From: an uncultured beta proteobacterium
GTDB taxonomy: Bacteria; Pseudomonadota; Gammaproteobacteria; Burkholderiales; Burkholderiaceae_B
Direction of reading: 5' to 3'
Length of the DNA stretch: 64,000 bases
Assembly: GCA_903821335.1 (NCBI GenBank)
Contig: CAIJKV010000189.1
Span: 2,612-66,611, forward strand
Under the pieces are notes generated by a model. It worked only from the letters and a program-made list of their open reading frames with translations. It was not told where the DNA came from and ran no database searches. Positions 17,945-27,856 of this stretch are shown here, one piece after another (the first letter of the stretch is position 1; every line of letters begins with the position of its first letter). A program made the position numbers and the translations under genes.

Positions 17945-19170
17945 TAGACCTTGCGGATGAATTCCGCAATCTGTGGGCAGATCGTTTCGCGCCAGCGACG
18001 TCCGGCAAAAATACCGTAATGACCGCACTGGGGTGCCGTGTAGTGTTTCTTGAGTTTGGCCGGAATGCCCGAGCACAGTTCCTGTGCAGCACGCGTCTGA
18101 CCCTCGCCCGAAATATCGTCGAGCTCGCCCTCGATGGTGAACAGTGCCACGGTCGTGATGTCAGCGGGCGCGACCAGCTTGCCGTCGATTTCCCAAGTGC
18201 CATTGGGCAGGTCGAAGTCCTGGAACACCGTACGTATCGTATCCAGGTAAAACTCGGCCGGCATGTCCATGACCGCGTTGTATTCGTCATAGAAACGACG
18301 GTGTGTCCCGGCGTCGTCGTCGTCGCCCCGCAGCAGATCCAGGTAGAAGTCGTAATGCGACTTCATGTGGCGGTCGGGGTTCATGGCCATGAACCCGGCG
18401 TGTTGCAGGAAACCAGGATAAACACGTCGACCCGCGCCGGGGTGATTGGCCGGCACAGCGTGAATCAGTTTTTCCTCGAACCAGTCAAAAGGCTGGGTCG
18501 TGGCCAGACGGTTGACCTGTGTGGGCGAGCGGCGCGGATCAATCGGGCCGCCCATCATCACCATGCTGCGTGGCAGGCAGGAATCGTTGTCCGTGGCCAT
18601 TCGCGAAATTGCGGCCAGCACCGGCACAGTAGGTTGACACACCGAAATGACATGCAGGTCGGGGGCAAGGTGGCGCACAAACTGTTGCACGGTGCGTACG
18701 TAGTCGTTCAGGTGAAAAGGCCCCGCTGAAAGCGGAATCATGCGGGCATCGATCCAGTCGGTGACGTAGACCTCATGATTGGGAAGCAGGGCTCGCACCG
18801 TGTCGCGTAGCAACGTGGAATGGTGCCCTGACATTGGGGCAACCACCAGAATCTTCGGGTCGGCATGCCGCGCCTTTTCAGGCATGTCGCGCCTGAAATG
18901 AATCAGGTTGCAAAAGGGTGTGGAAAGTTCGGTCTCGACCTCAACGTCGACCGCTTTTCCGTCGACCAGGATCGACGGCAGCTGCCAGGTCGGTTTTTCA
19001 TAGACTTTGCCCAGACGATGAATCAGCTCGTAGCTGGCAGCCATCTGGCGGGCACCCGGCGTGTAAGCCAGTGGGCTCGCCGGATGGGTAAACAGTTTGG
19101 AACCAACGTCTGTGAATGCCGCGATCGGGGACATGATCGCCCGGTGCATTTCATGCAGTTGATAGAGCAT
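17944..19170 (-). CDS. phaZ: Intracellular polyhydroxyalkanoate depolymerase
   Basis: [20 protein letters not shown], Cys lipase box [26 protein letters not shown]. Confidence 0.95.
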   Translation of the reverse strand: MLYQLHEMHRAIMSPIAAFTDVGSKLFTHPASPLAYTPGARQMAASYELIHRLGKVYEKPTWQLPSILVDGKAVDVEVETELSTPFCNLIHFRRDMPEKARHADPKILVVAPMSGHHSTLLRDTVRALLPNHEVYVTDWIDARMIPLSAGPFHLNDYVRTVQQFVRHLAPDLHVISVCQPTVPVLAAISRMATDNDSCLPRSMVMMGGPIDPRRSPTQVNRLATTQPFDWFEEKLIHAVPANHPGAGRRVYPGFLQHAGFMAMNPDRHMKSHYDFYLDLLRGDDDDAGTHRRFYDEYNAVMDMPAEFYLDTIRTVFQDFDLPNGTWEIDGKLVAPADITTVALFTIEGELDDISGEGQTRAAQELCSGIPAKLKKHYTAPQCGHYGIFAGRRWRETICPQIAEFIRKV

Positions 19171-19330
19171 CTAGGCTAATCCAATTGATATTTTGAGTGA
19201 CTGATTATCACCTGATATGAAATTTCAGGTGTTTTGCAGGAAAGTACTGCGGGTTCTGTACGCCCTGACTGTGGCAAAACCGTTACGCCGGACCCGATGG
19301 ACAGGGGTTGGGCGCCAAAATCAGCATCTG

Positions 19331-19386
19331 ATTGCTCATTGCTCATTGCTCATTGCAGATTGCAGATTGCAGATTGCAGATTGCAC
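19331..19386. repeat. Heptamer tandem repeat, 8 units: (ATTGCTC)3(ATTGCAG)4(ATTGCAC)
   Basis: Read directly from the sequence. Confidence 0.97.
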
Positions 19387-19425
19387 CAAAATGATGAAAA
19401 TGATGCCTTAAAGGCTGGCGTGAAT

Positions 19426-19475
19426 AGTACCAGCTGTTTTGTTACCAGTGAGTACCAGCTGTATTGTTACCAATA
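19426..19475. repeat. 25-bp imperfect tandem duplication spanning the fpr stop codon
   Basis: AGTACCAGCTGTTTTGTTACCAGTG / AGTACCAGCTGTATTGTTACCAATA. Confidence 0.9.
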
Positions 19476-20300
19476 GTTCTCAACTGCGAGGTTACCGGGT
19501 ATGCCTCGCCGGCCCGGGGCGAAGCCGCGTGCGCCCAGCAACGCGCGCATTTCGGTCACCATGGCCGGATTTCCGCACAGCATCACCCGTGCGTGGTCCG
19601 GATCGAGCGTGGCGCCTGCACGCAGTTCAAGCTCGCCCGAGGACAGCAGGTGAGTGATGCGCGACGCGCTGGTCAGGTCGCAACGTAAGCCCGGTGCCAG
19701 GTCGGGATCGAGTGGTTCCTGGGAAGTGATGGGTACGTAGATCAGTTGCCCGGCCGAGGCCTGCCCGAACGTGCGAGCCATATCCAGCAACTCTTGCCTG
19801 TAGGCAAGCTCGGGCGCACGGCGCACGCCGTGGATGACGATCAGGCGCCTGAACCGCTGCCAGGTAGCCGGGTCCCGGAGCATGGACAGGTAGGCAGACA
19901 GGCCGGTCCCTGTTGAAATCAGCCACAGATCGCGACCATCGACAAAGCGTTCCAGCGTCAGGAAGCCAAACGCAGTCTTATCGATAAAAAGAGCATTGCC
20001 TGCGACGAGTCCTGCCAGTGGCGGACTGAACTTGCCTGAAGGGACAACAACCGAGAAAAACTCGAGTTCTGACTCGTCCGGTGTCGACACCATCGAATAG
20101 GCACGCCATTCGCTGGGGGTGTCCGGGGCAGTCGGGTCAAGCGCCAGCCCGATACGTGCGAACTGACCGGGCTCGAAGCGGAACGCCGGATCGCGGGTGA
20201 CTCGAAGCGAAAAAAGCTTTTCGTCCAGCCAGATCGTCTTTTGCGTGACGGCTTGTCGGGTGTAGCGGACGTCCGGCGTTTGCGTAGCGGCTTCAGTCAT
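19467..20300 (-). CDS. fpr: Ferredoxin-NADP+ reductase (bacterial class I)
   Basis: FEPGQFARI, RAYSMVS, GTGLSAYLS, HGVR, MLCGNP, VENYW C-terminus. Confidence 0.94.
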   Translation of the reverse strand: MTEAATQTPDVRYTRQAVTQKTIWLDEKLFSLRVTRDPAFRFEPGQFARIGLALDPTAPDTPSEWRAYSMVSTPDESELEFFSVVVPSGKFSPPLAGLVAGNALFIDKTAFGFLTLERFVDGRDLWLISTGTGLSAYLSMLRDPATWQRFRRLIVIHGVRRAPELAYRQELLDMARTFGQASAGQLIYVPITSQEPLDPDLAPGLRCDLTSASRITHLLSSGELELRAGATLDPDHARVMLCGNPAMVTEMRALLGARGFAPGRRGIPGNLAVENYW

Positions 20301-20323
20301 GTGCGGGCGCGCGCCAGTGGGGC

Positions 20324-20647
20324 TCAGCGTTCAAGGTGCTTGAGCTTGTCGGGAACGCCGTTCCAGGTGTCGGCATCGGGCAGCGGTTTTTTCGAACGAC
20401 TGATACTGGCGAACACTGGGGTCAATTCAGCATTCAGCGCGATGAATTTCAACTGGTCCTGCGGGATGTCTTCTTCGGCGAAAATGGCGTTCGCAGGACA
20501 TTCCGGTATGCAGACTGCACAGTCGATGCACTCATCGGGGTCGATCACAAGAAAATTGGGACCCTCGCGGAAACAGTCAACGGGACACACGTCGACACAG
20601 TCGGTAAATTTACATTTAATACAGTTCTCTGTAACGACGTGCGTCAT
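20324..20647 (-). CDS. fdxA: 7Fe ferredoxin
   Basis: [26 protein letters not shown]...[13 protein letters not shown]. Confidence 0.97.
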   Translation of the reverse strand: MTHVVTENCIKCKFTDCVDVCPVDCFREGPNFLVIDPDECIDCAVCIPECPANAIFAEEDIPQDQLKFIALNAELTPVFASISRSKKPLPDADTWNGVPDKLKHLER

Positions 20648-20784
20648 TCTGGCTCACCGGCAAAAGGGATAGGTGGTTAATACTTCAGGGTATCCTCTAG
20701 TTTAACCAAACCTGCCCGGACATGTCGGCAAGCCCCTAGTGTGCGGTGTGGCTGTGCTAATGTTGCGCAAATTCGCCGAAAATC

Positions 20785-21960
20785 ATGATCATCAACTCGC
20801 TGCTCGACACCGATCTGTACAAGTTCACCATGATGCAGGTGGTGTTGCACCACTTCCCTGCCGCGCAGGTCGAATATCGCTACCGTTGCCGAACGCCGGG
20901 CGTCAATTTGCGCCCCTATCTGGACGAAATCCGCCAGGAAATCCGGGGGTTGTGCCAGCTAAGGTTTAACGAGCAAGAGCTCGCATACCTGCGTGGGTTG
21001 CGCTTTATAAAAAGTGATTTTATCGATTTTCTCGAACTCTTCCACCTGCCCGAGAAGTGCATCCATGTCAGCGAGGGCAAGCAGCCCGGAGAAATCGACA
21101 TCACGGTCAAGGGCGCCTGGCTGCACACGATCCTGTTTGAAATCCCGGTTCTTGCCATCGTCAACGAAGTGTATTTTCGTAATACATGCCCCGACCCAGG
21201 CTGGGAAGAAGGCCGCGAGCGCCTGCAGACAAAGATGAAACTGGTGCTTGATGCCGCCGACCTGCGTGAATTCAGGGTGGCCGAATATGGCACGCGCCGC
21301 AGGTTTTCTCATGTATGGCATGAAGAAGTCGTGACCACCATGAAGGCGCAGATGGGCGAGCACTTCGCGGGCACCAGCAATGTGTGGTTTGCAATGAAGC
21401 ATGGCGTGTTGCCACTGGGCACCATGGCGCACGAGTATCTGCAGGCTTGCCAGGGGCTTGGGCCCCGCCTGCGCGATTCGCAGGTGTTCGCGCTTGAAAC
21501 CTGGGCCCGTGAGTATCGCGGCGACCTCGGGATCGCGCTGTCCGACGTTTACGGTCTGGATGCCTTCTTGCGTGATTTCGATATGTATTTCTGCAAGCTG
21601 TTTGACGGTGCCCGGCACGACTCGGGCGATCCGTTCCTGTGGGGCGAACGCATGATCGCCCATTACACGGCCAATCGCGTGGATGCGCGCGTCAAGACAC
21701 TGGTATTTTCGGATGCCCTGACTTTTCCGCTCGCGATCGAACTGACGCGGCGCTTTGCCGGCCGCTGCAAGACCTCTTTTGGTATCGGTACGAATCTGAC
21801 CAATGACCTTGGCTATGAACCGCTTCAAATTGTCATGAAAATGGTTCGTTGCAATGGCCAGCCAGTCGCTAAAGTTTCCGACGCACCTGAGAAAACCATG
21901 TGCGACGACAAAGCCTACCTGGCGTACCTGCGCCAGGTGTTTGAATTGCCCCCTGCCTGA
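20785..21960 (+). CDS. pncB: Nicotinate phosphoribosyltransferase
   Basis: [43 protein letters not shown]. Confidence 0.97.
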   Translation: MIINSLLDTDLYKFTMMQVVLHHFPAAQVEYRYRCRTPGVNLRPYLDEIRQEIRGLCQLRFNEQELAYLRGLRFIKSDFIDFLELFHLPEKCIHVSEGKQPGEIDITVKGAWLHTILFEIPVLAIVNEVYFRNTCPDPGWEEGRERLQTKMKLVLDAADLREFRVAEYGTRRRFSHVWHEEVVTTMKAQMGEHFAGTSNVWFAMKHGVLPLGTMAHEYLQACQGLGPRLRDSQVFALETWAREYRGDLGIALSDVYGLDAFLRDFDMYFCKLFDGARHDSGDPFLWGERMIAHYTANRVDARVKTLVFSDALTFPLAIELTRRFAGRCKTSFGIGTNLTNDLGYEPLQIVMKMVRCNGQPVAKVSDAPEKTMCDDKAYLAYLRQVFELPPA

Positions 21961-21978
21961 TTAATCCAAGGAACTTCA

Positions 21979-22329
21979 ATGACTACCGTCAAGCGCGTAA
22001 ACGTCGCCAAGCGACTCTCCGACATGGCCGTCTACAACGGCGTGGCCTATCTGGCCGGCCAGGTGGCCGATGATGCCACCCAGGACATCGCGGGTCAGAC
22101 GACCCAGGTGCTGGCCGCCATCGATAAACTGCTGGCCGAGGCTGGCACCAACAAGACACGCATTCTGATGGTCCAGATTTTCGTGGCCAACATGAAAGAG
22201 TTCGACGGTATGAACAAAGCCTGGGATGCCTGGGTTGCCGAAGGTAATGCTCCGCCTCGTGCCACCATCGAAGCACGGCTTGCCAGCCCCGACTATCGGG
22301 TCGAAGTGGTTGTGACTGCCGCAGTCTGA
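21979..22329 (+). CDS. RidA/YjgF family (Rid2-like) protein
   Basis: AYLAGQV, FDGMNKAWDAW, PPRATIEARL, RVEV. Confidence 0.9.
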   Translation: MTTVKRVNVAKRLSDMAVYNGVAYLAGQVADDATQDIAGQTTQVLAAIDKLLAEAGTNKTRILMVQIFVANMKEFDGMNKAWDAWVAEGNAPPRATIEARLASPDYRVEVVVTAAV

Positions 22330-22341
22330 TTGATGCTGGTC

Positions 22342-22370
22342 AAAAAAAACCGGCTTCGGCCGGTTTTTTT
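22342..22370. terminator. Intrinsic terminator (bidirectional architecture)
   Basis: A8-CCGGC-TTCG-GCCGG-T7, with a cUUCGg loop. Confidence 0.9.
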
Positions 22371-22422
22371 ACGGCATGTGCATATAACGTTTGGCGATAT
22401 TGTTTAGTGTATTGTTGACGCC

Positions 22423-24669
22423 ATGTCTTCTTCTCCTCCATCCTTAACCGAACACACCTTGCACCCGTACCTGATTGCCGGGATGAGCACGGACGACCAG
22501 TCGCTTTTGCTGCGCGTCTGCGACTGGGTCGCACCGCAGGTCCAAGCCAAGCGGACGTCGGCCGGCGAATTGTTGATGGACCATGCGCTGGGTACTGCCC
22601 GTGTTCTGGCAGCCATGCAGGCCGACGCACCGACGCGTGCCGCAGCGTTGCTGATTGCCTTGCCGGAGGTTGCTCCCGGCACACAGGCCGACCCGATCGC
22701 GCGCCAGTTCGGGCCCGAGATCAGCAGACTGGTGCAGGGCACGCGCGCCTTGCTGCGCCTGGGGTCGATTGCAAGCGTCGCCAATCACCGTGCGGCCGAT
22801 GTCGGATCCCAGAAAGAGATGCTGCGCAAAATGCTGCTGGCGATGGCGGCCGACCTGCGCATTGTGCTGATCCGTCTGGCCTCGCGCCTGCAGACACTGC
22901 GCTGGCACGCCGCGTCAAAAACGCCCTGCGAGGCTGCCTTCGCGCACGAAACCCTGGACCTGTACGCCCCGCTGGCCAACCGGCTGGGTATCTGGCAAAT
23001 CAAGTGGGAAATGGAAGACCTGGGGTTCAGGTTCACAGACCCGCAACGCTACAAGGAAATTGCCAGGCTGCTCGAAGAAAAACGCGTCGAACGCGAAGCG
23101 TTCATCGCGCAGACGATTGCAACACTGACTGAGTCTCTGGCGCAAATGGGAATTACCGCCGAGGTGTCGGGGCGGCCCAAGCACATCTACAGCATCTGGA
23201 ACAAAATGCGCCAGAAGCATCTGGATTTCAGCCAGCTTTTCGATGTACGCGCGGTGCGCGTGATTGTCGAGGATGAGCGTGCCTGCTATGGTGCACTTGG
23301 ACTCGTTCACGAGCGGTGGACACCGATTTCCGATGAGTTCGACGACTACATATCGCGTCCGAAGCCCAACGGGTATCGCTCGCTGCATACGGTGGTGGCC
23401 GACGCCGACGGGCGTCCCTTCGAGGTACAAATCCGGACCCGCGCCATGCATGAGTTTGCCGAGTACGGGATGGCTGCGCACTGGCGCTACAAGGAATCTG
23501 GCCCCCGTGGCGGACAAGTCTCGGCTTCGGGCCAGTATGACCGGCAGCTCGCATGGATGCGTCAGTTGCTGGCCTGGAATACCGAAGCGGGTGGCTACGA
23601 CCACCCGGCCAGCGGTGCGGGCGCGGGGACGCCATCAGACCGACAGGTTGCCGCTGCGCCGCCCGCCGAAGAGCGTATCTACGTGCTCTCTCCGCAGGCG
23701 CGGGTGATCGAATTACCCGCTGGGTCCACGGCGATTGATTTCGCCTATCACCTGCATTCCGATCTCGGACACCGGTGCCGTGGTGCGCGCATTGACGGCC
23801 AGATGGTGCCCTTGCAGACTCACTTGCAAACCGGTCAGACGGTTGAAATCGTCACCGCCAAGTCAGGCGGTCCCTCGCGTGACTGGCTCAATACGCAACT
23901 CGGGTTCCTGGCAAGTCCGCGCGCGCGCGCCAAAGTGCGTGCGTGGTTCAACGCCATTGAATTGCAGCAACGCATCACCCACGGCCAGACGCTGGTTGAA
24001 AAGGAATTACAACGGCTGGGCAAGACCGCTGTCAACCTTGAACAACTGGCCCAGCAACTCGGTTTTGCCCGTGCCGACGATCTGTACGTCGCTGCAGCCA
24101 AGGAAGAGTTCAGCCTGCGCCAGATCGACGCGCTATTCCTGCCTGTTCCGGTTGTCGAGGAAATTAGCCCCGAGACAATGATCACGCACTCCAGTCGGGC
24201 TGAAAGTGCGGTCCAGACGGGCAAGAGCGGCGTGCTGGTGGTGGGTGTCGGGTCGCTGATGACGCAACTGGCGCGCTGCTGCCGCCCAGCGCCCCCTGAC
24301 GCGATACGTGGCTTCGTGACACGGGGCCGGGGCGTATCGATTCATCGCGCGGACTGCCCCAGTTATGCCGCACTGCAGGCTCGTCAGCCTGAAAGGGTGA
24401 TTGATGTTGACTGGGGCGGTGCCCGGGCGGCCGCGACGGTCTACCCGGTCGACCTCATTGTGCGGGCCCAGGATCGGCCGGGTCTATTGCGTGACTTGTC
24501 GGAGGTGTTCGCCCGCCTGCGCGTCAATGTCATCGGGGTCAACACACAGAGCAAAGCGTCGCTCGCCCACATGGGCTTTACGGTTGAAATCCATGATGGT
24601 GCTGAATTGCAACGGGCAACCGGCGCGTTGTCCGAGGTCACAGGCGTATTTTCCGCAGTGCGTCGCTAG
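22423..24669 (+). CDS. relA: (p)ppGpp synthetase RelA
   Basis: Degenerate HD domain, YAPLANRLG, RPKHIYSIWNKM, EFDDYI, EVQIRT, TGS, CC and ACT domains. Confidence 0.95.
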   Translation: MSSSPPSLTEHTLHPYLIAGMSTDDQSLLLRVCDWVAPQVQAKRTSAGELLMDHALGTARVLAAMQADAPTRAAALLIALPEVAPGTQADPIARQFGPEISRLVQGTRALLRLGSIASVANHRAADVGSQKEMLRKMLLAMAADLRIVLIRLASRLQTLRWHAASKTPCEAAFAHETLDLYAPLANRLGIWQIKWEMEDLGFRFTDPQRYKEIARLLEEKRVEREAFIAQTIATLTESLAQMGITAEVSGRPKHIYSIWNKMRQKHLDFSQLFDVRAVRVIVEDERACYGALGLVHERWTPISDEFDDYISRPKPNGYRSLHTVVADADGRPFEVQIRTRAMHEFAEYGMAAHWRYKESGPRGGQVSASGQYDRQLAWMRQLLAWNTEAGGYDHPASGAGAGTPSDRQVAAAPPAEERIYVLSPQARVIELPAGSTAIDFAYHLHSDLGHRCRGARIDGQMVPLQTHLQTGQTVEIVTAKSGGPSRDWLNTQLGFLASPRARAKVRAWFNAIELQQRITHGQTLVEKELQRLGKTAVNLEQLAQQLGFARADDLYVAAAKEEFSLRQIDALFLPVPVVEEISPETMITHSSRAESAVQTGKSGVLVVGVGSLMTQLARCCRPAPPDAIRGFVTRGRGVSIHRADCPSYAALQARQPERVIDVDWGGARAAATVYPVDLIVRAQDRPGLLRDLSEVFARLRVNVIGVNTQSKASLAHMGFTVEIHDGAELQRATGALSEVTGVFSAVRR

Positions 24670-24766
24670 CCGGGCTTCAGACTGGTAAAATCGCATCTTT
24701 CGCCTGTGGGCGATTGATGCTGGGCATATCGTTGCCTGGTGTTGCCAGTTTTCCGGAGATCTGGTC

Positions 24767-25966
24767 TTGAAACCCTACGACTTTCCTGACGCGAGTGGGC
24801 ACTTTGGTCCTTATGGCGGAGTGTTTGTCGCCGAAACCCTCATGCAGGCAATTGAAGAACTGCGCCAGGCCTACGACAAATACCGGCATGACCCCGAGTT
24901 TTTAGCTGAGTTCCATTACGAACTCAAGCATTTCGTCGGGCGTCCGACGCCTGTCTATCATGCACGCCGCTGGTCCGAAGAACTCGGTGGCGCCCAGATC
25001 TGGTTCAAGCGTGAAGACCTCAACCACACTGGCGCACACAAGATCAATAATAGTCTCGGCCAGGCGTTGCTGGCGCGTCGTATGGGCAAAAAGCGCATCA
25101 TCGCCGAAACTGGGGCCGGGCAACATGGTGTGGCCACGGCAACCGTCTGCGCGCGCTATGGCATGGAATGTGTCGTCTACATGGGCAGCGAAGACGTCAA
25201 GCGTCAGTCGCCTAACGTCTTTCGGATGAAGCTGCTGGGTGCAACCGTGGTACCGGTCGAGTCGGGCTCCAAGACGCTTAAAGATGCCCTGAACGAAGCC
25301 ATGCGTGACTGGGTGACCAACGTTGACGGCACCTACTACATCATCGGTACGGTGGCGGGCCCGCATCCCTACCCAATGATGGTGCGCAATTTCCATTCCG
25401 TGATCGGAACCGAATCAATCGCGCAGATGCCCGAATACGCCGGTCGCCAGCCCGACTACGTGATCGCCTGTGTCGGTGGCGGGTCCAACGCACTGGGGAT
25501 TTTCCATCCCTATATACCGTACGAGCAGGTCAAGCTCATTGGCGTCGAGGCCGCCGGTGAAGGTGTGCTGACTGGTTTGCACGCTGCCTCACTGACCGCT
25601 GGTCGGGTGGGGGTATTGCACGGCAACCGCACCTACGTGCTGCAGGATGCTGACGGCCAGGTTTGCGAAACCCATTCTGTTTCCGCAGGCCTGGACTATC
25701 CTGGCGTGGGACCCGAACACGCCTGGCTCAAGGACACCGGCCGCGCATCGTATGTCAGCATTACCGACGACGAAGCGTTGGCGTCCTTTCACCACTGCTG
25801 CCGCGTTGAGGGCATCATCCCTGCACTGGAATCGTCGCACGCACTGTCATACGCTGCCAAGCTTGCCGCCACACTCCCCAAGGACAAGATCATTCTGGTC
25901 AACTTGTCGGGTCGTGGTGACAAGGATATCAACACCGTCGCACAGCGCGCCGGCATTGTGCTCTAA
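24767..25966 (+). CDS. trpB: Tryptophan synthase beta chain
   Basis: [50 protein letters not shown] start after GGAG. Confidence 0.98.
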   Translation: MKPYDFPDASGHFGPYGGVFVAETLMQAIEELRQAYDKYRHDPEFLAEFHYELKHFVGRPTPVYHARRWSEELGGAQIWFKREDLNHTGAHKINNSLGQALLARRMGKKRIIAETGAGQHGVATATVCARYGMECVVYMGSEDVKRQSPNVFRMKLLGATVVPVESGSKTLKDALNEAMRDWVTNVDGTYYIIGTVAGPHPYPMMVRNFHSVIGTESIAQMPEYAGRQPDYVIACVGGGSNALGIFHPYIPYEQVKLIGVEAAGEGVLTGLHAASLTAGRVGVLHGNRTYVLQDADGQVCETHSVSAGLDYPGVGPEHAWLKDTGRASYVSITDDEALASFHHCCRVEGIIPALESSHALSYAAKLAATLPKDKIILVNLSGRGDKDINTVAQRAGIVL

Positions 25967-25980
25967 AGGTTTTAATCAAT

Positions 25981-26868
25981 ATGTCCCAACATCCAGACCG
26001 AATTGCTGCGGCGTTCGCGCGTGCTGCCAGCCAGCAGCGCGCGGCGCTCATTCCGTATATCGCCGCTGGCAATCCGCTGCCCGAAACTACGGTGCCACTG
26101 ATGCATGCACTGGTGGGTGCCGGGGCAGACATCATTGAGCTTGGCATTCCGTTTTCCGACCCCATGGCCGATGGTCCAGTGATCCAGCGTGCCGCCGAGC
26201 ATGCCATTGCCCAGGGCGTGGGCTTGCGCACGGTGCTGGGCATGGTCGCACAGTTCCGGCAAACCGACCAAGACACTCCGGTCGTACTGATGGGCTACGC
26301 CAACCCGGTTGAAAACATGGGTCAGCAGCAGTTTGCCGAGCAGGCTGATCTTGCCGGTATCGACGGTTTGCTGGTTGTCGACTATCCGCCGGAAGAAATC
26401 GGCGAGTTCGCTGTGCTGCTCGACAAACACCACATTGCCCCCATTTTCTTGCTGGCTCCTACCTCGACTGAGGCACGCATTCGTGCGGTTGGCAAGATCG
26501 CCCGCGGCTACGTCTATTACGTGTCGCTCAATGGCGTGACCGGGGCCGGTCACCTGGACGTCCAGGATGTGGCGCAACGCTTGCAAGGCATTCGCAAGCA
26601 TGTGTCGTTGCCAGTTGGTGTGGGTTTCGGCATTCGCGACGCCGACAGTGCGCGACGCATCAGCCTGGTGGCCGACGCCGTAGTGATTGGGTCCAAACTG
26701 ATCGACACCATGAACCAGGCGGCTGAAGGTTTGCCACTGGCCCAGCAATCCCGTGCAGCCATCGAAGCTGGCGCAAACTGGCTCAATGGCATCCGCCAGG
26801 CACTTGACGTTGCACGGCCCGCTGGGCATGTTGCAGCCACGACTACTTTCGCAGGACAAGCCCGATGA
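25981..26868 (+). CDS. trpA: Tryptophan synthase alpha chain
   Basis: [39 protein letters not shown]. Confidence 0.97.
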   Translation: MSQHPDRIAAAFARAASQQRAALIPYIAAGNPLPETTVPLMHALVGAGADIIELGIPFSDPMADGPVIQRAAEHAIAQGVGLRTVLGMVAQFRQTDQDTPVVLMGYANPVENMGQQQFAEQADLAGIDGLLVVDYPPEEIGEFAVLLDKHHIAPIFLLAPTSTEARIRAVGKIARGYVYYVSLNGVTGAGHLDVQDVAQRLQGIRKHVSLPVGVGFGIRDADSARRISLVADAVVIGSKLIDTMNQAAEGLPLAQQSRAAIEAGANWLNGIRQALDVARPAGHVAATTTFAGQAR

Positions 26869-27749
26869 GCTGGCTAGGTAAATTACTTCCCCCACGCATC
26901 AACAAGAGCCAAAATGCCGATAATCCGGCTGCCCGGCGTGTGCCCGAAGGCCTTTGGGTCAAATGCCCTTCATGCGAATCGGTGTTGTACAACGAAGATC
27001 TCGCGGCCAACCTGCATGTTTGCCCCAAGTGTGATCATCACATGCGCATCGGTGCGCGGGCCCGGATCGAATCATTGCTCGACATTGAAGGGCGCGTTGA
27101 ACTCGGTAACAACACCCGGTCCATGGATCCCCTCAAATTCAAGGATTCACGCAAATACCCGGAACGTTTGCAAGAAGCAGTGCGGCTAACCGGTGAGAGT
27201 GACGCCCTGGTAGTGGTAAGCGGCGCGATTCGCAGTGTGCCTTGCGTACTGGCCTGCTTTGAATTCGAATTTATGGGCGGGTCGATGGGTTCGGTGGTGG
27301 GCGAGCGCTTCGCACGTGGTGTGCAGGCGGCCATTGAACAACGCATCCCGTTTATTTGCGTGGCCGCGTCTGGTGGCGCGCGCATGCAGGAAAGCCTTTT
27401 TTCACTGATGCAGATGGCCAAGACCAATGCGATGCTGACTCGTTTGTCCGAGGCAGGCCTGCCGTTCATCAGCATTCTGACTGACCCGACAATGGGTGGC
27501 GTGTCGGCCAGCTTTGCGTTCATGGGTGACGTTGTCATTGGTGAACCCAAAGCGCTGATTGGTTTTGCCGGCCCACGCGTGATCGAGCAAACCGTCCGCG
27601 AAAAACTGCCTGAAGGCTTCCAGCGCTCAGAGTTCCTGCAGCAAAAGGGGGCCATCGACATGGTGCTCGACCGTCGTCAGTTGCGCGAAGAACTTGCCAG
27701 GCTGATGGCTATCATGACCAAGCAACCTGCGGACTCGGTGTCCGCTTAA
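26865..27749 (+). CDS. accD: Acetyl-CoA carboxylase carboxyltransferase beta subunit
   Basis: [11 protein letters not shown] zinc finger, [30 protein letters not shown]. Confidence 0.98.
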   Translation: MSWLGKLLPPRINKSQNADNPAARRVPEGLWVKCPSCESVLYNEDLAANLHVCPKCDHHMRIGARARIESLLDIEGRVELGNNTRSMDPLKFKDSRKYPERLQEAVRLTGESDALVVVSGAIRSVPCVLACFEFEFMGGSMGSVVGERFARGVQAAIEQRIPFICVAASGGARMQESLFSLMQMAKTNAMLTRLSEAGLPFISILTDPTMGGVSASFAFMGDVVIGEPKALIGFAGPRVIEQTVREKLPEGFQRSEFLQQKGAIDMVLDRRQLREELARLMAIMTKQPADSVSA

Positions 27750-27806
27750 ATCGAAACAGCCCACCGGGGCGTGTTTGGTTTCTCAATGCGGTTTTGCAAC
27801 GGGTAT

Positions 27807-27844
27807 CAATAAAAACGGCGACCTTTCGGTCGCCGTTTTTATTG
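27807..27844. terminator. Bidirectional terminator between accD and rne
   Basis: CAATAAAAACGGCGACC-TTTC-GGTCGCCGTTTTTATTG. Confidence 0.92.
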
Positions 27845-27856
27845 GCCATTGCCCTC

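Noticed and set aside
19426-19475. Possible mini-CRISPR (two 25-bp repeats)
   Set aside because: The repeats are directly adjacent with no spacer and no cas genes are present.
19217-19476. Short ORFs containing LIAHCSLLIADCRLQIADC / LLIAHC repeats
   Set aside because: Their apparent peptide periodicity is just the heptamer VNTR translated; no SD or other coding evidence.
24670-24766. trp attenuator or leader peptide upstream of trpB
   Set aside because: No tandem Trp-codon leader ORF or terminator/antiterminator pair is visible.
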